A DNA stretch of 64,000 nucleotides from a virus. The stretch spans positions 96,001-160,000 of IMG/VR virus record IMGVR_UViG_3300046167_000924. One strand, written 5' to 3'. How positions within the stretch are numbered: position 1 is the stretch's first letter; each line of letters begins with the position of its first letter. Positions 8,013-16,940 of the stretch are shown here, in pieces. The notes under the pieces were generated by a model. The model saw only the letters and a list, made by a program, of their open reading frames with translations. It was not told the DNA's origin and ran no database searches. The position numbers and the translations under genes are program-made.

Positions 8013-8771
8013 TTATAAATTAATATATTCTCTAAATAAATATCTTTTACCTGTTTTTGTTGTATGATAAATAAAATCTTGAATTTCTCTAGGAAGTTTT
8101 TCTTGCATCGCTTCATACTCTTTGATGGCTAATGATTTATTATAGTTTGTGGACTTAGGGTGTTTGATGAGGTGATTTGAGTCGCGTATAACGGGCATCT
8201 TATTGATAAAGGACAACGCACACAAGACTATATCCCAACCCCATCCAAATTTATTACCTTCAAATGCTTGATGAATAGATTGAGATGTTAATTCGTTTAA
8301 AACTTCTGGACGAATAAACCAAACTGTCTCGTCGCCATTAGCTATAACTTTTATATTGTCGTGCCTAGTTTCTGCGCCTTGGACGCAGGTTATTCTATCA
8401 TTAGCCCATTCAGTGTTTTCTACAATGGGATAATATATGCCAGCATTATATTCATTCATATAAAAAATAGCATCCTCTACCAACTTATTCCATTTGTCAT
8501 AAGAAACGTCTCCTTGGACGTGAAATAGAATTTTATCTGTATTTCTAAATTTTAGACAGAATTTAAATAAATCAGAAAAATAACAACTATCGAAAACATT
8601 AATCCAATCTGGTTTTTTATTTTCTTGATCACTGTTAATGACTGATACGTTTTCAACTACATCTTTAATTTGATCAACAAGTTCGCAGGTGTTTTCGTAT
8701 TTACCTTTCCAGTTAAATATAACCGCTTCAATTGACTTTTTTTGTACTTTTTGTTGGTTTGGAGTTTTCAT
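8013..8771 (-). CDS. putative GT2-like glycosyltransferase
   Basis: VIFNWK N-terminus, LFHVQGDVSY, GWGWDIVLC. Confidence 0.6.
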   Translation of the reverse strand: MKTPNQQKVQKKSIEAVIFNWKGKYENTCELVDQIKDVVENVSVINSDQENKKPDWINVFDSCYFSDLFKFCLKFRNTDKILFHVQGDVSYDKWNKLVEDAIFYMNEYNAGIYYPIVENTEWANDRITCVQGAETRHDNIKVIANGDETVWFIRPEVLNELTSQSIHQAFEGNKFGWGWDIVLCALSFINKMPVIRDSNHLIKHPKSTNYNKSLAIKEYEAMQEKLPREIQDFIYHTTKTGKRYLFREYINL

Positions 8772-8937
8772 TGACTGCTTTTATATATTCTGGCAGAAAA
8801 AAATACCAAGCTTCTTGGTCTTCGTTTTCAATTGCTATAATCAGTTCTTTTCTGTAAATTTCTTCCCAATCTTTAGGTGAGTCACATTTTTCGTGACTCG
8901 CGCACCCGAACAAAATAAGAAATAGCAAAAATCGCAC
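8728..8937 (-). CDS. putative small lipoprotein
   Basis: MRFLLFLILFGC lipobox-like signal. Confidence 0.6.
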   Translation of the reverse strand: MRFLLFLILFGCASHEKCDSPKDWEEIYRKELIIAIENEDQEAWYFFLPEYIKAVNENSKPTKSTKKVN

Positions 8938-8950
8938 ATAATATTATACA

Positions 8951-9598
8951 CTATAAAACTACTGTTTTTTCGTGCCCGACTATAATCTTGGGGTCTACAT
9001 ATATGTCATGTCCTTGCTCGATAGCTTTATGGCAAAACGCAACATCTTCCATAGTGAAGTCTGTATATCCTCCGATAGTTTTTCTTATCGGCTCGAACCA
9101 AGGGTATTTTATTGACTCAAAGACGCCTTTTTTGACAAGCATCCAACCCATTCCCACATAATTAACTTTGATTAAAGATTTATCTTTTTCAATATCTTTC
9201 GGAGATAAGAACTGAAAATGACCATTTTTTTCAAAAAACTTTTCATCCCAATCTTTTACGCAAGCAAAATTCTGCCCACCTTCCATAAGGTACAACCCCG
9301 AAGAAATACTTTTTTTGTGCTTCAATAAGTCAAGAAACTGTTTTGGGTTAAATACAATGTCTGAATCTATCCACATGATATAGTCGTAGTCGATTTTGCC
9401 GTCAAATGGCTTTTGATTTTCTCCGCGAGTTACGTCTGCACCAAGACAATTTGTTCGAACATAATATATGTTGCAGCTATAGCGTTGAGATAAAATTGGC
9501 GTGATTCCATTTGCTAAACACGTATGATAAAGCTCTGTCCAGCAAGATAAAAATCTTCCAGAAAAAGATGGGCCAGGTAAACAAAAGATAATTTTCAT
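8951..9598 (-). CDS. GT2-like glycosyltransferase
   Basis: YIMWIDSDIVF DxD; VGMGWMLVKKGVFE; EDVAFC; VGHEK. Confidence 0.8.
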   Translation of the reverse strand: MKIIFCLPGPSFSGRFLSCWTELYHTCLANGITPILSQRYSCNIYYVRTNCLGADVTRGENQKPFDGKIDYDYIMWIDSDIVFNPKQFLDLLKHKKSISSGLYLMEGGQNFACVKDWDEKFFEKNGHFQFLSPKDIEKDKSLIKVNYVGMGWMLVKKGVFESIKYPWFEPIRKTIGGYTDFTMEDVAFCHKAIEQGHDIYVDPKIIVGHEKTVVL

Positions 9599-10200
9599 GA
9601 TATTAGGTCGCTGTCTATAATTAGTTTTAATTTTTTTGAATGCAATAAACCTGTAGGACTTAGATATTGCCTTCCGAGTCCCACAAAGTCTTCTAAGTTT
9701 GATTCTAGGGAGTTGTTTTCGTAAGATTGATAAATTAATTCGCTACAATATAAACTCTCTACTCCGAGATCAAATAGGGCGTCGTACTCTGCGCCTTCTA
9801 ATGACTTGCATTTTTGAATTGCTTTATCTATAGTGCCTTGATTTAAGTCAGGCCGCAAGATTACAACTCTATCACTTTCTTTGCAGATGTCGAAAAAAGT
9901 ACTTTTTGTATAATCGTCATGTGTCATTTCACTAACTTCCCAATTTTGATCTTTTGATACGCACATAGCTGCATGAGAGAACTCTCCGGGGATTAGGAGC
10001 GTTGTGAGCTTCTTTTTGTCGATAGTTAATATAACATCTCCAGATTTTAGGGAAGAATATAATTTATGATACTTTTTGCCACGAAGTTTTGTATAGTAAG
10101 TAGTAAATCGAATATAAGGAATAACATGCTTCAACATAAACTTATATAGTTTAGTGTGCATAATATAATTTATTGTTATTCTATATAAACTTTTATTCAT
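9595..10200 (-). CDS. YiiX/YebB-like permuted papain (NlpC/P60) amidase
   Basis: GDVILT...GEFSHAAM...YD...LYCSELI: permuted His-before-Cys dyad. Confidence 0.85.
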   Translation of the reverse strand: MNKSLYRITINYIMHTKLYKFMLKHVIPYIRFTTYYTKLRGKKYHKLYSSLKSGDVILTIDKKKLTTLLIPGEFSHAAMCVSKDQNWEVSEMTHDDYTKSTFFDICKESDRVVILRPDLNQGTIDKAIQKCKSLEGAEYDALFDLGVESLYCSELIYQSYENNSLESNLEDFVGLGRQYLSPTGLLHSKKLKLIIDSDLIS

Positions 10201-10360
10201 TTATCTCTTTTAATAATTTTAATTGTTTTTCTATATCCTTAATCTCTTGATCTATTTTAGCAGAGTAATTTTTCTTTTTGTTCACCTGTTGAAGTACGCG
10301 AGTTGTTAACTCCGAAAGTTCTTCTGCTAGTTTAAGTAAGATTTTATTTTGTTCGTTCAT
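10193..10360 (-). CDS. small protein, weak MazG-like helix (55 aa, not in ORF track)
   Basis: Manual translation MNEQNKILLKLAEELSELTTRVLQQVNK...; EExxEL motif. Confidence 0.45.
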   Translation of the reverse strand: MNEQNKILLKLAEELSELTTRVLQQVNKKKNYSAKIDQEIKDIEKQLKLLKEINE

Positions 10361-10556
10361 CTAGGTTTATGCCGCGAGCTTCACAATAAGCTAAAGAGTA
10401 TCCTGTTTGAAAACTGAATCTATCTATGTAAAAAATGAACCCCACTATTACGTAGGGCTCCCAGGTTGTGAATCCAATTTTATTAAAAAGTAAAAACGAT
10501 ATAACCAATAAAGGGCAGAACTTGTTTAAACAATAATTGACTATTCCCTGACTCAC
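10344..10556 (-). CDS. small membrane protein
   Basis: Two hydrophobic segments. Confidence 0.65.
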   Translation of the reverse strand: MSQGIVNYCLNKFCPLLVISFLLFNKIGFTTWEPYVIVGFIFYIDRFSFQTGYSLAYCEARGINLDERTK

Positions 10557-10789
10557 GAAGCGCGGGTCAAAGAAATAATCCGATCATGCCTAAAAGAGCG
10601 AATTTCGTTTCTAGCAAAACAGAATGCTTTAAACCCAATGTTATTACGCTCTTCGTTTTTATTACCAAAAGACTCGGTTAGCTCTGGGCGACCAATTTCA
10701 TAAGTCTTAACGGCGTTGTCAGCATTTTTATAAACAATAAAGTATTTTTGATTTTTCATTTTTTTGATTTTTGATTTTAAGTTAAACAT
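10553..10789 (-). CDS. stand-alone WYL-like domain protein
   Basis: IVYKNA...KAFCFARNEIRSFRHDRII resembles the WYL RxFRxDRI signature. Confidence 0.6.
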   Translation of the reverse strand: MFNLKSKIKKMKNQKYFIVYKNADNAVKTYEIGRPELTESFGNKNEERNNIGFKAFCFARNEIRSFRHDRIISLTRAS

Positions 10790-10795
10790 GCTTGT

Positions 10796-10824
10796 ATTAT
10801 ACTATATAATGGATTGTATGTCAA
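10796..10824 (-). promoter_or_regulatory. sigma70 promoter TTGACA-N17-TATAAT
   Basis: -35 at 10819-10824, -10 at 10796-10801, ATG at 10789. Confidence 0.85.
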
Positions 10825-10834
10825 GAGAAAAAAA

Positions 10835-11263
10835 TTAATTTCCTGTACTTCCGAATCCTCCTTCTCCGCGATCAGTCTCTGATAGTTCTTCAACTTCTTC
10901 GATATCCACCCAAGGAAGCTTCATTATAATTAATTGGGCTATTTTATCTCCGTTTTTGTAATTTTTAGCGCCCAAGGCGGGGATACTCATTCTAACTTTA
11001 ATTTCTCCCCTATAACCCGAATCAATAACTCCAACAGAGTTCCTTAGATAATGATCTGTATTGGATATGCTTGACCTTGGGAAAATATATCCCACATAAC
11101 CTTTTGGTAATTCTATTGCCAAGTCTGTTCCGTATTCAACGAAATAACCATTGCTCATGGTCGTAGTTGCTACCAAATCAATTCCTGCGTCGCCTTTTTT
11201 TGCGTAACTAGGAATCGATGCTCTGTCATCTAGTTTTTTAATTTTTAATTTAATTTTATCCAT
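10835..11263 (-). CDS. dut: trimeric dUTPase
   Basis: AGIDL, PRSS, GVIDSGYRGEI, KIAQLII, RGEGGFGSTG motifs. Confidence 0.97.
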   Translation of the reverse strand: MDKIKLKIKKLDDRASIPSYAKKGDAGIDLVATTTMSNGYFVEYGTDLAIELPKGYVGYIFPRSSISNTDHYLRNSVGVIDSGYRGEIKVRMSIPALGAKNYKNGDKIAQLIIMKLPWVDIEEVEELSETDRGEGGFGSTGN

Positions 11264-11336
11264 TTTTGTTCTTTTTAAATATTTTGTTGTGTATTACGCG
11301 AGGCTTTCTGTCGAAAATTTTTTTTCAGATTTGGGC

Positions 11337-11927
11337 TTATTTTATTCTCACTTCTTTCCATGAAACTAATTTTGCATTAACTAAATCTCTAATGTGTCTT
11401 TGCTTCTGACTGAGTTGGCTGTTGCCGCTCTTCACTTCAATAAAAGTTATCTCATCATCTCCGAATGAAATATAATCTATGGGTTGCCCCAAGAAGGAAC
11501 ACTTCTCTGGCTCAAAATCAAACTGATCTAAAAACGGTGCAAGCGTTTCTGCTATATGTCCCAATCTAACTTCACCGCTTTTCTTTTGCGATAAAACTTT
11601 TTTTCGAGCAATAGTTTCTTCGTCTAATTTTTTTTCCAACTCTTGTTTTTTTTGAATAAGCTCCGACTCTTTCTTTTTGAATTCAGAATTACTCGTTGAC
11701 GTAATACTCTGTTGTTTAGATATGGTAGATTGAAGCTGCTGAATAGTTCTATTCAAGTTCTTCTCCCTTTCTTCGACAGAAGATACTCTTTCGTTAAGTT
11801 TTATTCGCAAGAATTCATTTTCTTGACGAAGGCTTTCCTCTAAGTCGTTGCTAGGTTCTCTTTCTTGCCTTCCGAAAACCAAATAAAGAATGGCGCAGAT
11901 CGAGCAAAATAATAAAAACTCAATCAT
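11337..11927 (-). CDS. Holliday-junction resolvase-like PD-(D/E)XK endonuclease with N-terminal TM and coiled coil
   Basis: GHIAETLAPF...GQPIDYISF...FIEVKSG...LSQKQ. Confidence 0.8.
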   Translation of the reverse strand: MIEFLLFCSICAILYLVFGRQEREPSNDLEESLRQENEFLRIKLNERVSSVEEREKNLNRTIQQLQSTISKQQSITSTSNSEFKKKESELIQKKQELEKKLDEETIARKKVLSQKKSGEVRLGHIAETLAPFLDQFDFEPEKCSFLGQPIDYISFGDDEITFIEVKSGNSQLSQKQRHIRDLVNAKLVSWKEVRIK

Positions 11928-12348
11928 TTAATTCCTCCACTTTTATTCCGGCTTTTTTTATTAATTCGATTCCCGCGTTACTTTTGTAGAATTCACTATA
12001 TACCACTCTTTTAATTTTTGATTGTATTATCAATTTCGCACAGTCTACGCATGGGGCAGCTGTTATATACATTGTTGCTCCGTCGCTTGATTGTGTTGAT
12101 TTTGCTAACTTGGTGATCGCATTACTTTCTGCATGTAGCACTTCGGGTCTAGTTACAAGTTGACCAAAATAATCTTTGTCTTCGCATTTATTACTAAATC
12201 CAGTAGGGGTTCCATTATAGCCGTCAGATATAATCGCTTGGTCTTTAACTATCAGACAGCCAACCTGTTTCCTTTTGGCTTTTGATAAAGTCGCCCAAAC
12301 ATGAGCCATTTTTATATAAGCTTGATCTAGATCTGACTGATCGGCCAT
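11920..12348 (-). CDS. dCMP deaminase
   Basis: KQVGC, GYNGTP, HAESNAI, APCVDC zinc motifs. Confidence 0.93.
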   Translation of the reverse strand: MADQSDLDQAYIKMAHVWATLSKAKRKQVGCLIVKDQAIISDGYNGTPTGFSNKCEDKDYFGQLVTRPEVLHAESNAITKLAKSTQSSDGATMYITAAPCVDCAKLIIQSKIKRVVYSEFYKSNAGIELIKKAGIKVEELND

Positions 12349-12349
12349 T

Positions 12350-12841
12350 TTACTTTTTCCAAAGTTGAAAAGATTTGAATTGCTTTAGGTCTTCAATTGC
12401 AACCTGAGTAATTTCTTCTTTTTTACCTTTTCTTTTGTAAATTTTATACTTCGCCTGTTTAGCTAGAGAAACAAACGGCAAGTCGTATCTAATTTTTTTG
12501 CTACTACCTAACCAATCGACAAGCTCTTTCCTGTTGACTATAACAAAATCATAAACTCTTTCGAAAGCAATAAAATCTGCGTCTCCGTGCACCCACCCAG
12601 GCTCTCCGTTTGAATTTTTAAATTCAATCCATAGCCAAGACTGACTCTGCTTTTTGTTTTTAAGTTTCTTAACATCAAATCTTAACATTAAGGCTTTTCC
12701 CTCTTTCCCTTTAGCCTTTAAGATATGCGTTACGTTTTTTATTTCATTTTGATGGCGGGGGACAAATTCAGGAGAGTACCCCCTGTTTGTTGAAAGGTCT
12801 TCAAATGAAACTCTGGAATCTTGGCTCGGAAGTTCTTCCAT
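12350..12841 (-). CDS. PD-(D/E)XK-like nuclease-fold hypothetical protein
   Basis: FDVKK...WLWIEFKN...GWVHGDADFIAF. Confidence 0.55.
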   Translation of the reverse strand: MEELPSQDSRVSFEDLSTNRGYSPEFVPRHQNEIKNVTHILKAKGKEGKALMLRFDVKKLKNKKQSQSWLWIEFKNSNGEPGWVHGDADFIAFERVYDFVIVNRKELVDWLGSSKKIRYDLPFVSLAKQAKYKIYKRKGKKEEITQVAIEDLKQFKSFQLWKK

Positions 12842-13029
12842 TACCTAATTTTTGATGGGTTTTCAGTTGCAACCACTTTAACTTTTCGGGCGTCCGGATC
12901 TTTCCATTGCTTGAGTACCGATACAAGCTTCTCTGCCCTTGCGTTCGCGTCATCTTTTGATGAATAATTTCTATCTTCAGTTCTTCTTGAATTTCTTGTG
13001 ACTACGTATACTGTTTTTTTTGTGTTCAT
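12841..13029 (-). CDS. hypothetical protein
   Basis: 62-aa ORF, tightly packed. Confidence 0.7.
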   Translation of the reverse strand: MNTKKTVYVVTRNSRRTEDRNYSSKDDANARAEKLVSVLKQWKDPDARKVKVVATENPSKIR

Positions 13030-13034
13030 ATATA

Positions 13035-13964
13035 TTATATAATGTTTTTGACTAAATTAAGGCCGTTTTTTGTTATTTTTCTTTCTCCGTCTATTTGAAT
13101 AAAATTTCTTCTAAGGAGATACACTTCATGATCTCTCCTAAGCGCCGTTGGACTCAAGCCTGTTACCGCTGATAGCGTCTGAAGCTTGCAGCTTCCTCTG
13201 TCCGCTAAAATCTGTAATATTTGTTTTTCTGTACAGGTAATTCCTTCTGGAAGAATTCCTAATAGGTCAACAAGGTTATTAAAGTCTTGCAGCTCAAAAG
13301 TGTTTTGGTTTTCGCTCTCGCAATAAAGGGTAATTTCTTTTGATCTCATTACTGCATTTCTTGCGTTACCCCTAACAGTAGAAGACAATAATTTTAAGCC
13401 TTCATCTGAGAAGTTAATGCCATCGCAATTTAACTTGACGATTTCTCCTAAATTATCAGAAGAGTATTGTTCAAAATCAACTGTAGTTAATCTATCCTTT
13501 AGCGGGGGAAATAATTTATCACTTTCTGTAGTGGCGAATATAAAAGTTTGCTTGGTAAAATCAAATGTAAAAGTTTGATCTTCAAAAGTAAAATCTTTTG
13601 TGTTAGTTTTTTCTGTATTGAATATGGTTAAGAATGCCATCGTCAAATCTTTCGGCAGGGCGTGAGCTTCATCGAATAAAATGGTGATCTCATTGTTCAT
13701 AATAATCGGAATAAAAATCTGCTCAAAGAATTGTTCGTTGTTCTTGATCGTCGAGCAATTTAATTCTAAGAATGGGCGTTTTGCTCCGTCTTTATTTTTT
13801 AAATTTTTAGCAAACTCTTTTGCGAATAGAGTTTTACCCAAACCTTTTGCTCCAACTAAATTTAGGAATGGGCAAGTGCTTGTTGCATTATAAGCCTTAA
13901 GATAGAAGTTTAACTTCTTCTTTACGTTTTCTTGCCCAATTAAATGAGAAAAATAATTATTCAT
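13035..13964 (-). CDS. ruvB: RuvB-like Holliday junction branch-migration AAA+ ATPase
   Basis: LIGQENVK, Walker A GAKGLGKT, Walker B LFDEAH, ATT, PLKDRL, RGNAR, C-terminal winged helix. Confidence 0.82.
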   Translation of the reverse strand: MNNYFSHLIGQENVKKKLNFYLKAYNATSTCPFLNLVGAKGLGKTLFAKEFAKNLKNKDGAKRPFLELNCSTIKNNEQFFEQIFIPIIMNNEITILFDEAHALPKDLTMAFLTIFNTEKTNTKDFTFEDQTFTFDFTKQTFIFATTESDKLFPPLKDRLTTVDFEQYSSDNLGEIVKLNCDGINFSDEGLKLLSSTVRGNARNAVMRSKEITLYCESENQNTFELQDFNNLVDLLGILPEGITCTEKQILQILADRGSCKLQTLSAVTGLSPTALRRDHEVYLLRRNFIQIDGERKITKNGLNLVKNII

Positions 13965-14226
13965 CGTCGAAGTCTGTAAGGGCATATTCTATTTTATCTT
14001 CCACAGATTGAGCTTCACTAAAATCGTGAGATGTGGTTTTGTTTACTAAATAATTTGCGTACAACCTGCCCTTTACCCAGTCTTCGCTAACTGGAATTTT
14101 TAAAACTTGATCTGACGCAAGCTTTGCAATTTCTTCAATAGACAAGGATACAGTCGGGGCTGCCGCTGATTTACTGTGGCGACGTCTCCTAGGAGTGCCG
14201 TCTTTGTTTAGTGAGATTTTTTTCAT
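13957..14226 (-). CDS. hypothetical protein with basic N-terminus
   Basis: 89-aa ORF directly behind a sigma70 promoter. Confidence 0.75.
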   Translation of the reverse strand: MKKISLNKDGTPRRRRHSKSAAAPTVSLSIEEIAKLASDQVLKIPVSEDWVKGRLYANYLVNKTTSHDFSEAQSVEDKIEYALTDFDDE

Positions 14227-14234
14227 ATGACACT

Positions 14235-14263
14235 ATTATGCCATAATACTCGCTAAATGTCAA
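14235..14263 (-). promoter_or_regulatory. sigma70 promoter TTGACA-N17-CATAAT
   Basis: -35 at 14258-14263, -10 at 14235-14240. Confidence 0.75.
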
Positions 14264-14272
14264 GAGCAATCT

Positions 14273-14443
14273 TTAACTAATTTTTTTCTTTTGAAGTTCA
14301 AGCATTTCTTTTTTTAACTGCTCTATAGAAGAGTTTTGCTCACTAATTAAGTCCTTTAAGTTGTCTATTTCGTTTAAGGCTAAAATTAGCGCGTCGTCTG
14401 GCTCGAAGCACACTTCGAATTCTTCATCATCATCTTCATTCAT
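14273..14443 (-). CDS. small acidic coiled-coil protein (56 aa, not in ORF track)
   Basis: Manual translation MNEDDDEEFEVCFEPDDALILALNEIDNLK... Confidence 0.55.
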   Translation of the reverse strand: MNEDDDEEFEVCFEPDDALILALNEIDNLKDLISEQNSSIEQLKKEMLELQKKKIS

Positions 14444-14832
14444 AATTTTTTAATATATTGGGTGAATAAATTTAATCCTATTTGATACTTTTTTTCAAGT
14501 ATTTGCCTCTTCCCTGGAGAAGAAGGTTTAAGTGGCTGCTTTAATTCTTTAAATGCTATATAGATTTGAATCAGTATTTTCTTCCACTCTTGCTTTGAGA
14601 GTTCTTCTGGTCGGTCGTTTAAGTTTTTCTTTCTTTTTAAAACTTGCTTGATAACAAGATTGCATAACTGTTCGTCAAAGGGCTTTGTGCTTTCAACTTC
14701 AATATAAACCTTTTCAACCTTTGTTTCGATTTGTTTTTCAACAATTTTTTCAGGCTTTGTTTTTTTTTGTTTTGGTTTTTCTTCTTTTTTTCTAAAGAAG
14801 TTTATTACTTTTTTAAATATATTCATTTTCAA
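14440..14832 (-). CDS. hypothetical protein
   Basis: 130-aa ORF. Confidence 0.7.
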   Translation of the reverse strand: MKMNIFKKVINFFRKKEEKPKQKKTKPEKIVEKQIETKVEKVYIEVESTKPFDEQLCNLVIKQVLKRKKNLNDRPEELSKQEWKKILIQIYIAFKELKQPLKPSSPGKRQILEKKYQIGLNLFTQYIKKL

Positions 14833-15247
14833 TTTGACTCCAATGAAATTGTATTTGATCTATGTCTATAGGCAGAAGATTCCATACTTCACAATTAAAT
14901 GTATTTTTGTTTGTCCAATCCATTGTATTTTTTATTAAGTACACATGTTTAATGTTGTCGAATTCTCCGAAATCATAATAAAGGCATTCCATTTCTAGTC
15001 TATTTTTTCTGAGCGCTTGACACCTCACTGTTGGACTATACTTTGAGAAGCCCCCTATTAATTTATGATAAAATCTTTTGGGGAAATAAATATTATTTTC
15101 AAAATAAATGTCATTTATATTGTCTCCGTTTCTTGCTAAACCAGACATTAAAACTACATCCGAGAATGACTTATGAAAAGAGTCTAACAGGTCATAAAAA
15201 AGTATAGTTGCACTATCGGTAAAGACAAACTTTTTTATATTTTTCAT
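14813..15247 (-). CDS. hypothetical protein
   Basis: 144-aa ORF starting 5 nt after the tmRNA 3' end. Confidence 0.7.
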   Translation of the reverse strand: MKNIKKFVFTDSATILFYDLLDSFHKSFSDVVLMSGLARNGDNINDIYFENNIYFPKRFYHKLIGGFSKYSPTVRCQALRKNRLEMECLYYDFGEFDNIKHVYLIKNTMDWTNKNTFNCEVWNLLPIDIDQIQFHWSQIENEYI

Positions 15248-15251
15248 AAAA

Positions 15252-15639
15252 TGGTGGACGCGGCGGGAGTCGAACCCGCGTCTTTAAATTTTTAATAATA
15301 CTCGTCTACAAGTTTAGTTAATTTTTTTTATAGTTATGATATTAACATCTAACTTATTGTTTCAATTATTTGCCCCCGAATAATTCAGTGAACTACAGTT
15401 TATTAACAATAAAACCTTTTCTGTTTTGCAGATGAATGACCCCTCGTCTGTGTTATCTGCGTCAAACAGGGAGAGGAAGCAGGCTTAAGCTGCTAATGCG
15501 AGCTTTTCAGCTTTTGGGCTGAAAGCTACAACACGACTTTTATTTTTGCCATGTAAGAAAACGTGCCTTTTAACGAAGCCTGGCACCTCTTCGACTTGCG
15601 GGGTACAAATCCAATTTAAATCGAATCCAGTACGCGCCC
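15252..15639 (-). ncRNA. ssrA: tmRNA with tag (A)GKNKSRVVAFSPKAEKLALAA
   Basis: 5' GGGCGCGTACTGGATTCGA; 3' GACGCGGGTTCGACTCCCGCCGCGTCCACCA; acceptor stem with G3-U; tag ORF 15550-15485 ending LALAA-TAA with UA at -5/-4 of the resume codon. Confidence 0.96.
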
Positions 15640-15659
15640 ATTAAAATGTTAAAGAACAA

Positions 15660-15845
15660 TTACTTATTTGAATTCTTGCCAAGATCTGCCAGACCTTGCC
15701 CGAGAATATAAGCAACAATAGGAGTTACGATCTGCATGACTACGTCTTGGGTAAGACCAAGGTCATAAGCGTAATTAAGAATGGGCACTGCAGTAGCTAC
15801 TGCAGATGCCCAAAACTTTTTACTATGCCAGAATGGTTTTTCCAT
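15660..15845 (-). CDS. putative holin
   Basis: 61 aa, two TM segments, FWHSKKFW N-terminus and GQGLADLGK C-terminus. Confidence 0.55.
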   Translation of the reverse strand: MEKPFWHSKKFWASAVATAVPILNYAYDLGLTQDVVMQIVTPIVAYILGQGLADLGKNSNK

Positions 15846-15864
15846 AGCGTATTATTACACTTTA

Positions 15865-16200
15865 TTAGAACAATTCTTCTGGAACTTCCTCATCAACTTG
15901 AGCTGCAGCCTGAGTTGCTACTTCTTGAGTTGCTTGCTCTGCTGTTTTTTCAACTTGAGTTTTTTGAGACTCGGCGTCTTCAGAACGATAAACTACGTAA
16001 TCTGGAGCTCTCTCGTTCTTGTCTCTACCCTTGTTTGTGAATACTACCACCTTGATGGTTTCTTCTACTCCAGGCATGGTTTCCATTTTGATTTGACCCG
16101 ATAGGTACTTTTGACTTTTTCCAGAACGAACCCATAATGCTCCTAGCTCTCTACTTTTCCACTCTGACTGTTTTTCTGACTGTTTTTCTGTATTTTCCAT
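15865..16200 (-). CDS. DUF736-like putative ssDNA-binding protein with acidic tail
   Basis: ELGALWVR...KYLSGQI...NERAPDYVVY; acidic C-terminus EEVPEELF. Confidence 0.6.
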   Translation of the reverse strand: MENTEKQSEKQSEWKSRELGALWVRSGKSQKYLSGQIKMETMPGVEETIKVVVFTNKGRDKNERAPDYVVYRSEDAESQKTQVEKTAEQATQEVATQAAAQVDEEVPEELF

Positions 16201-16202
16201 AA

Positions 16203-16376
16203 TTAATTTTTGTTGTATAAATTTTCTAATTGTTTAATAAATAAAGGTTTTGCTCCTTGTGATAATTTGTTGTATTGTTTTTTAGCTCGAGAATATACTC
16301 TCTTACTTGTTTCGTCCGAACAATTTGGATCGAAGTTTAAAATTTTTCTTATTTGTTTTGCTACTGTGTTGTTCAT
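16203..16376 (-). CDS. hypothetical protein (start MNNTVAK)
   Basis: Promoter occupies the longer ORF's 5' end; ATG 16376 follows the -10. Confidence 0.7.
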   Translation of the reverse strand: MNNTVAKQIRKILNFDPNCSDETSKRVYSRAKKQYNKLSQGAKPLFIKQLENLYNKN

Positions 16377-16383
16377 GGGATTG

Positions 16384-16412
16384 ATTATACTATATATTTT
16401 GTAATATGTCAA
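16384..16412 (-). promoter_or_regulatory. sigma70 promoter TTGACA-N17-TATAAT
   Basis: -35 at 16407-16412, -10 at 16384-16389. Confidence 0.85.
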
Positions 16413-16415
16413 GTA

Positions 16416-16940
16416 TTAATTTAATGTTTTGAAATATTGTATAGCCGCGGGTTCATAACTATTGCGGGTATAGTAGTTTTTTATGCCTGAATTTTTTTCT
16501 TTTGTGAAGTTATGTAGTTGCGGGTCTCTTGATATAGACATAACCTTAAAGCCTGACCTTTTTGCGTAATTCTCCGCAGTTTTAAGCAGTTCGATCATTA
16601 TTTTTTTATGTTTAATTGTTGATGCATATTTCCCAGGAACCTGCCATAATATTTCTTCAAATATTTTTTCATTCATCATAAAGTTTTTATTACCCGAAAA
16701 AACGCAACCCGCTAAACTGCGACCATTTTCCTCGAAAGACCATAGCTTTATGAAAGGTAATATTTCTCCTGTTTGTAATGTGGAAATAAATAAAGATTTT
16801 AAGTTTTTTTCTATAGAGTCTGGGTCGAAGTGCCTTCCTTGTCTGCAAGATTGATGAGTCCAGAATATTTTATTTTCTGGGCAATTCCATTCTCTAGCTA
16901 GTTTGTCAAAATGATTTATTGATTTTACTTCTTTTATCAT
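16416..16940 (-). CDS. GNAT-fold-like protein
   Basis: ELLKTAENYAKRSGFKVMSI resembles GNAT motif A-B region. Confidence 0.45.
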   Translation of the reverse strand: MIKEVKSINHFDKLAREWNCPENKIFWTHQSCRQGRHFDPDSIEKNLKSLFISTLQTGEILPFIKLWSFEENGRSLAGCVFSGNKNFMMNEKIFEEILWQVPGKYASTIKHKKIMIELLKTAENYAKRSGFKVMSISRDPQLHNFTKEKNSGIKNYYTRNSYEPAAIQYFKTLN

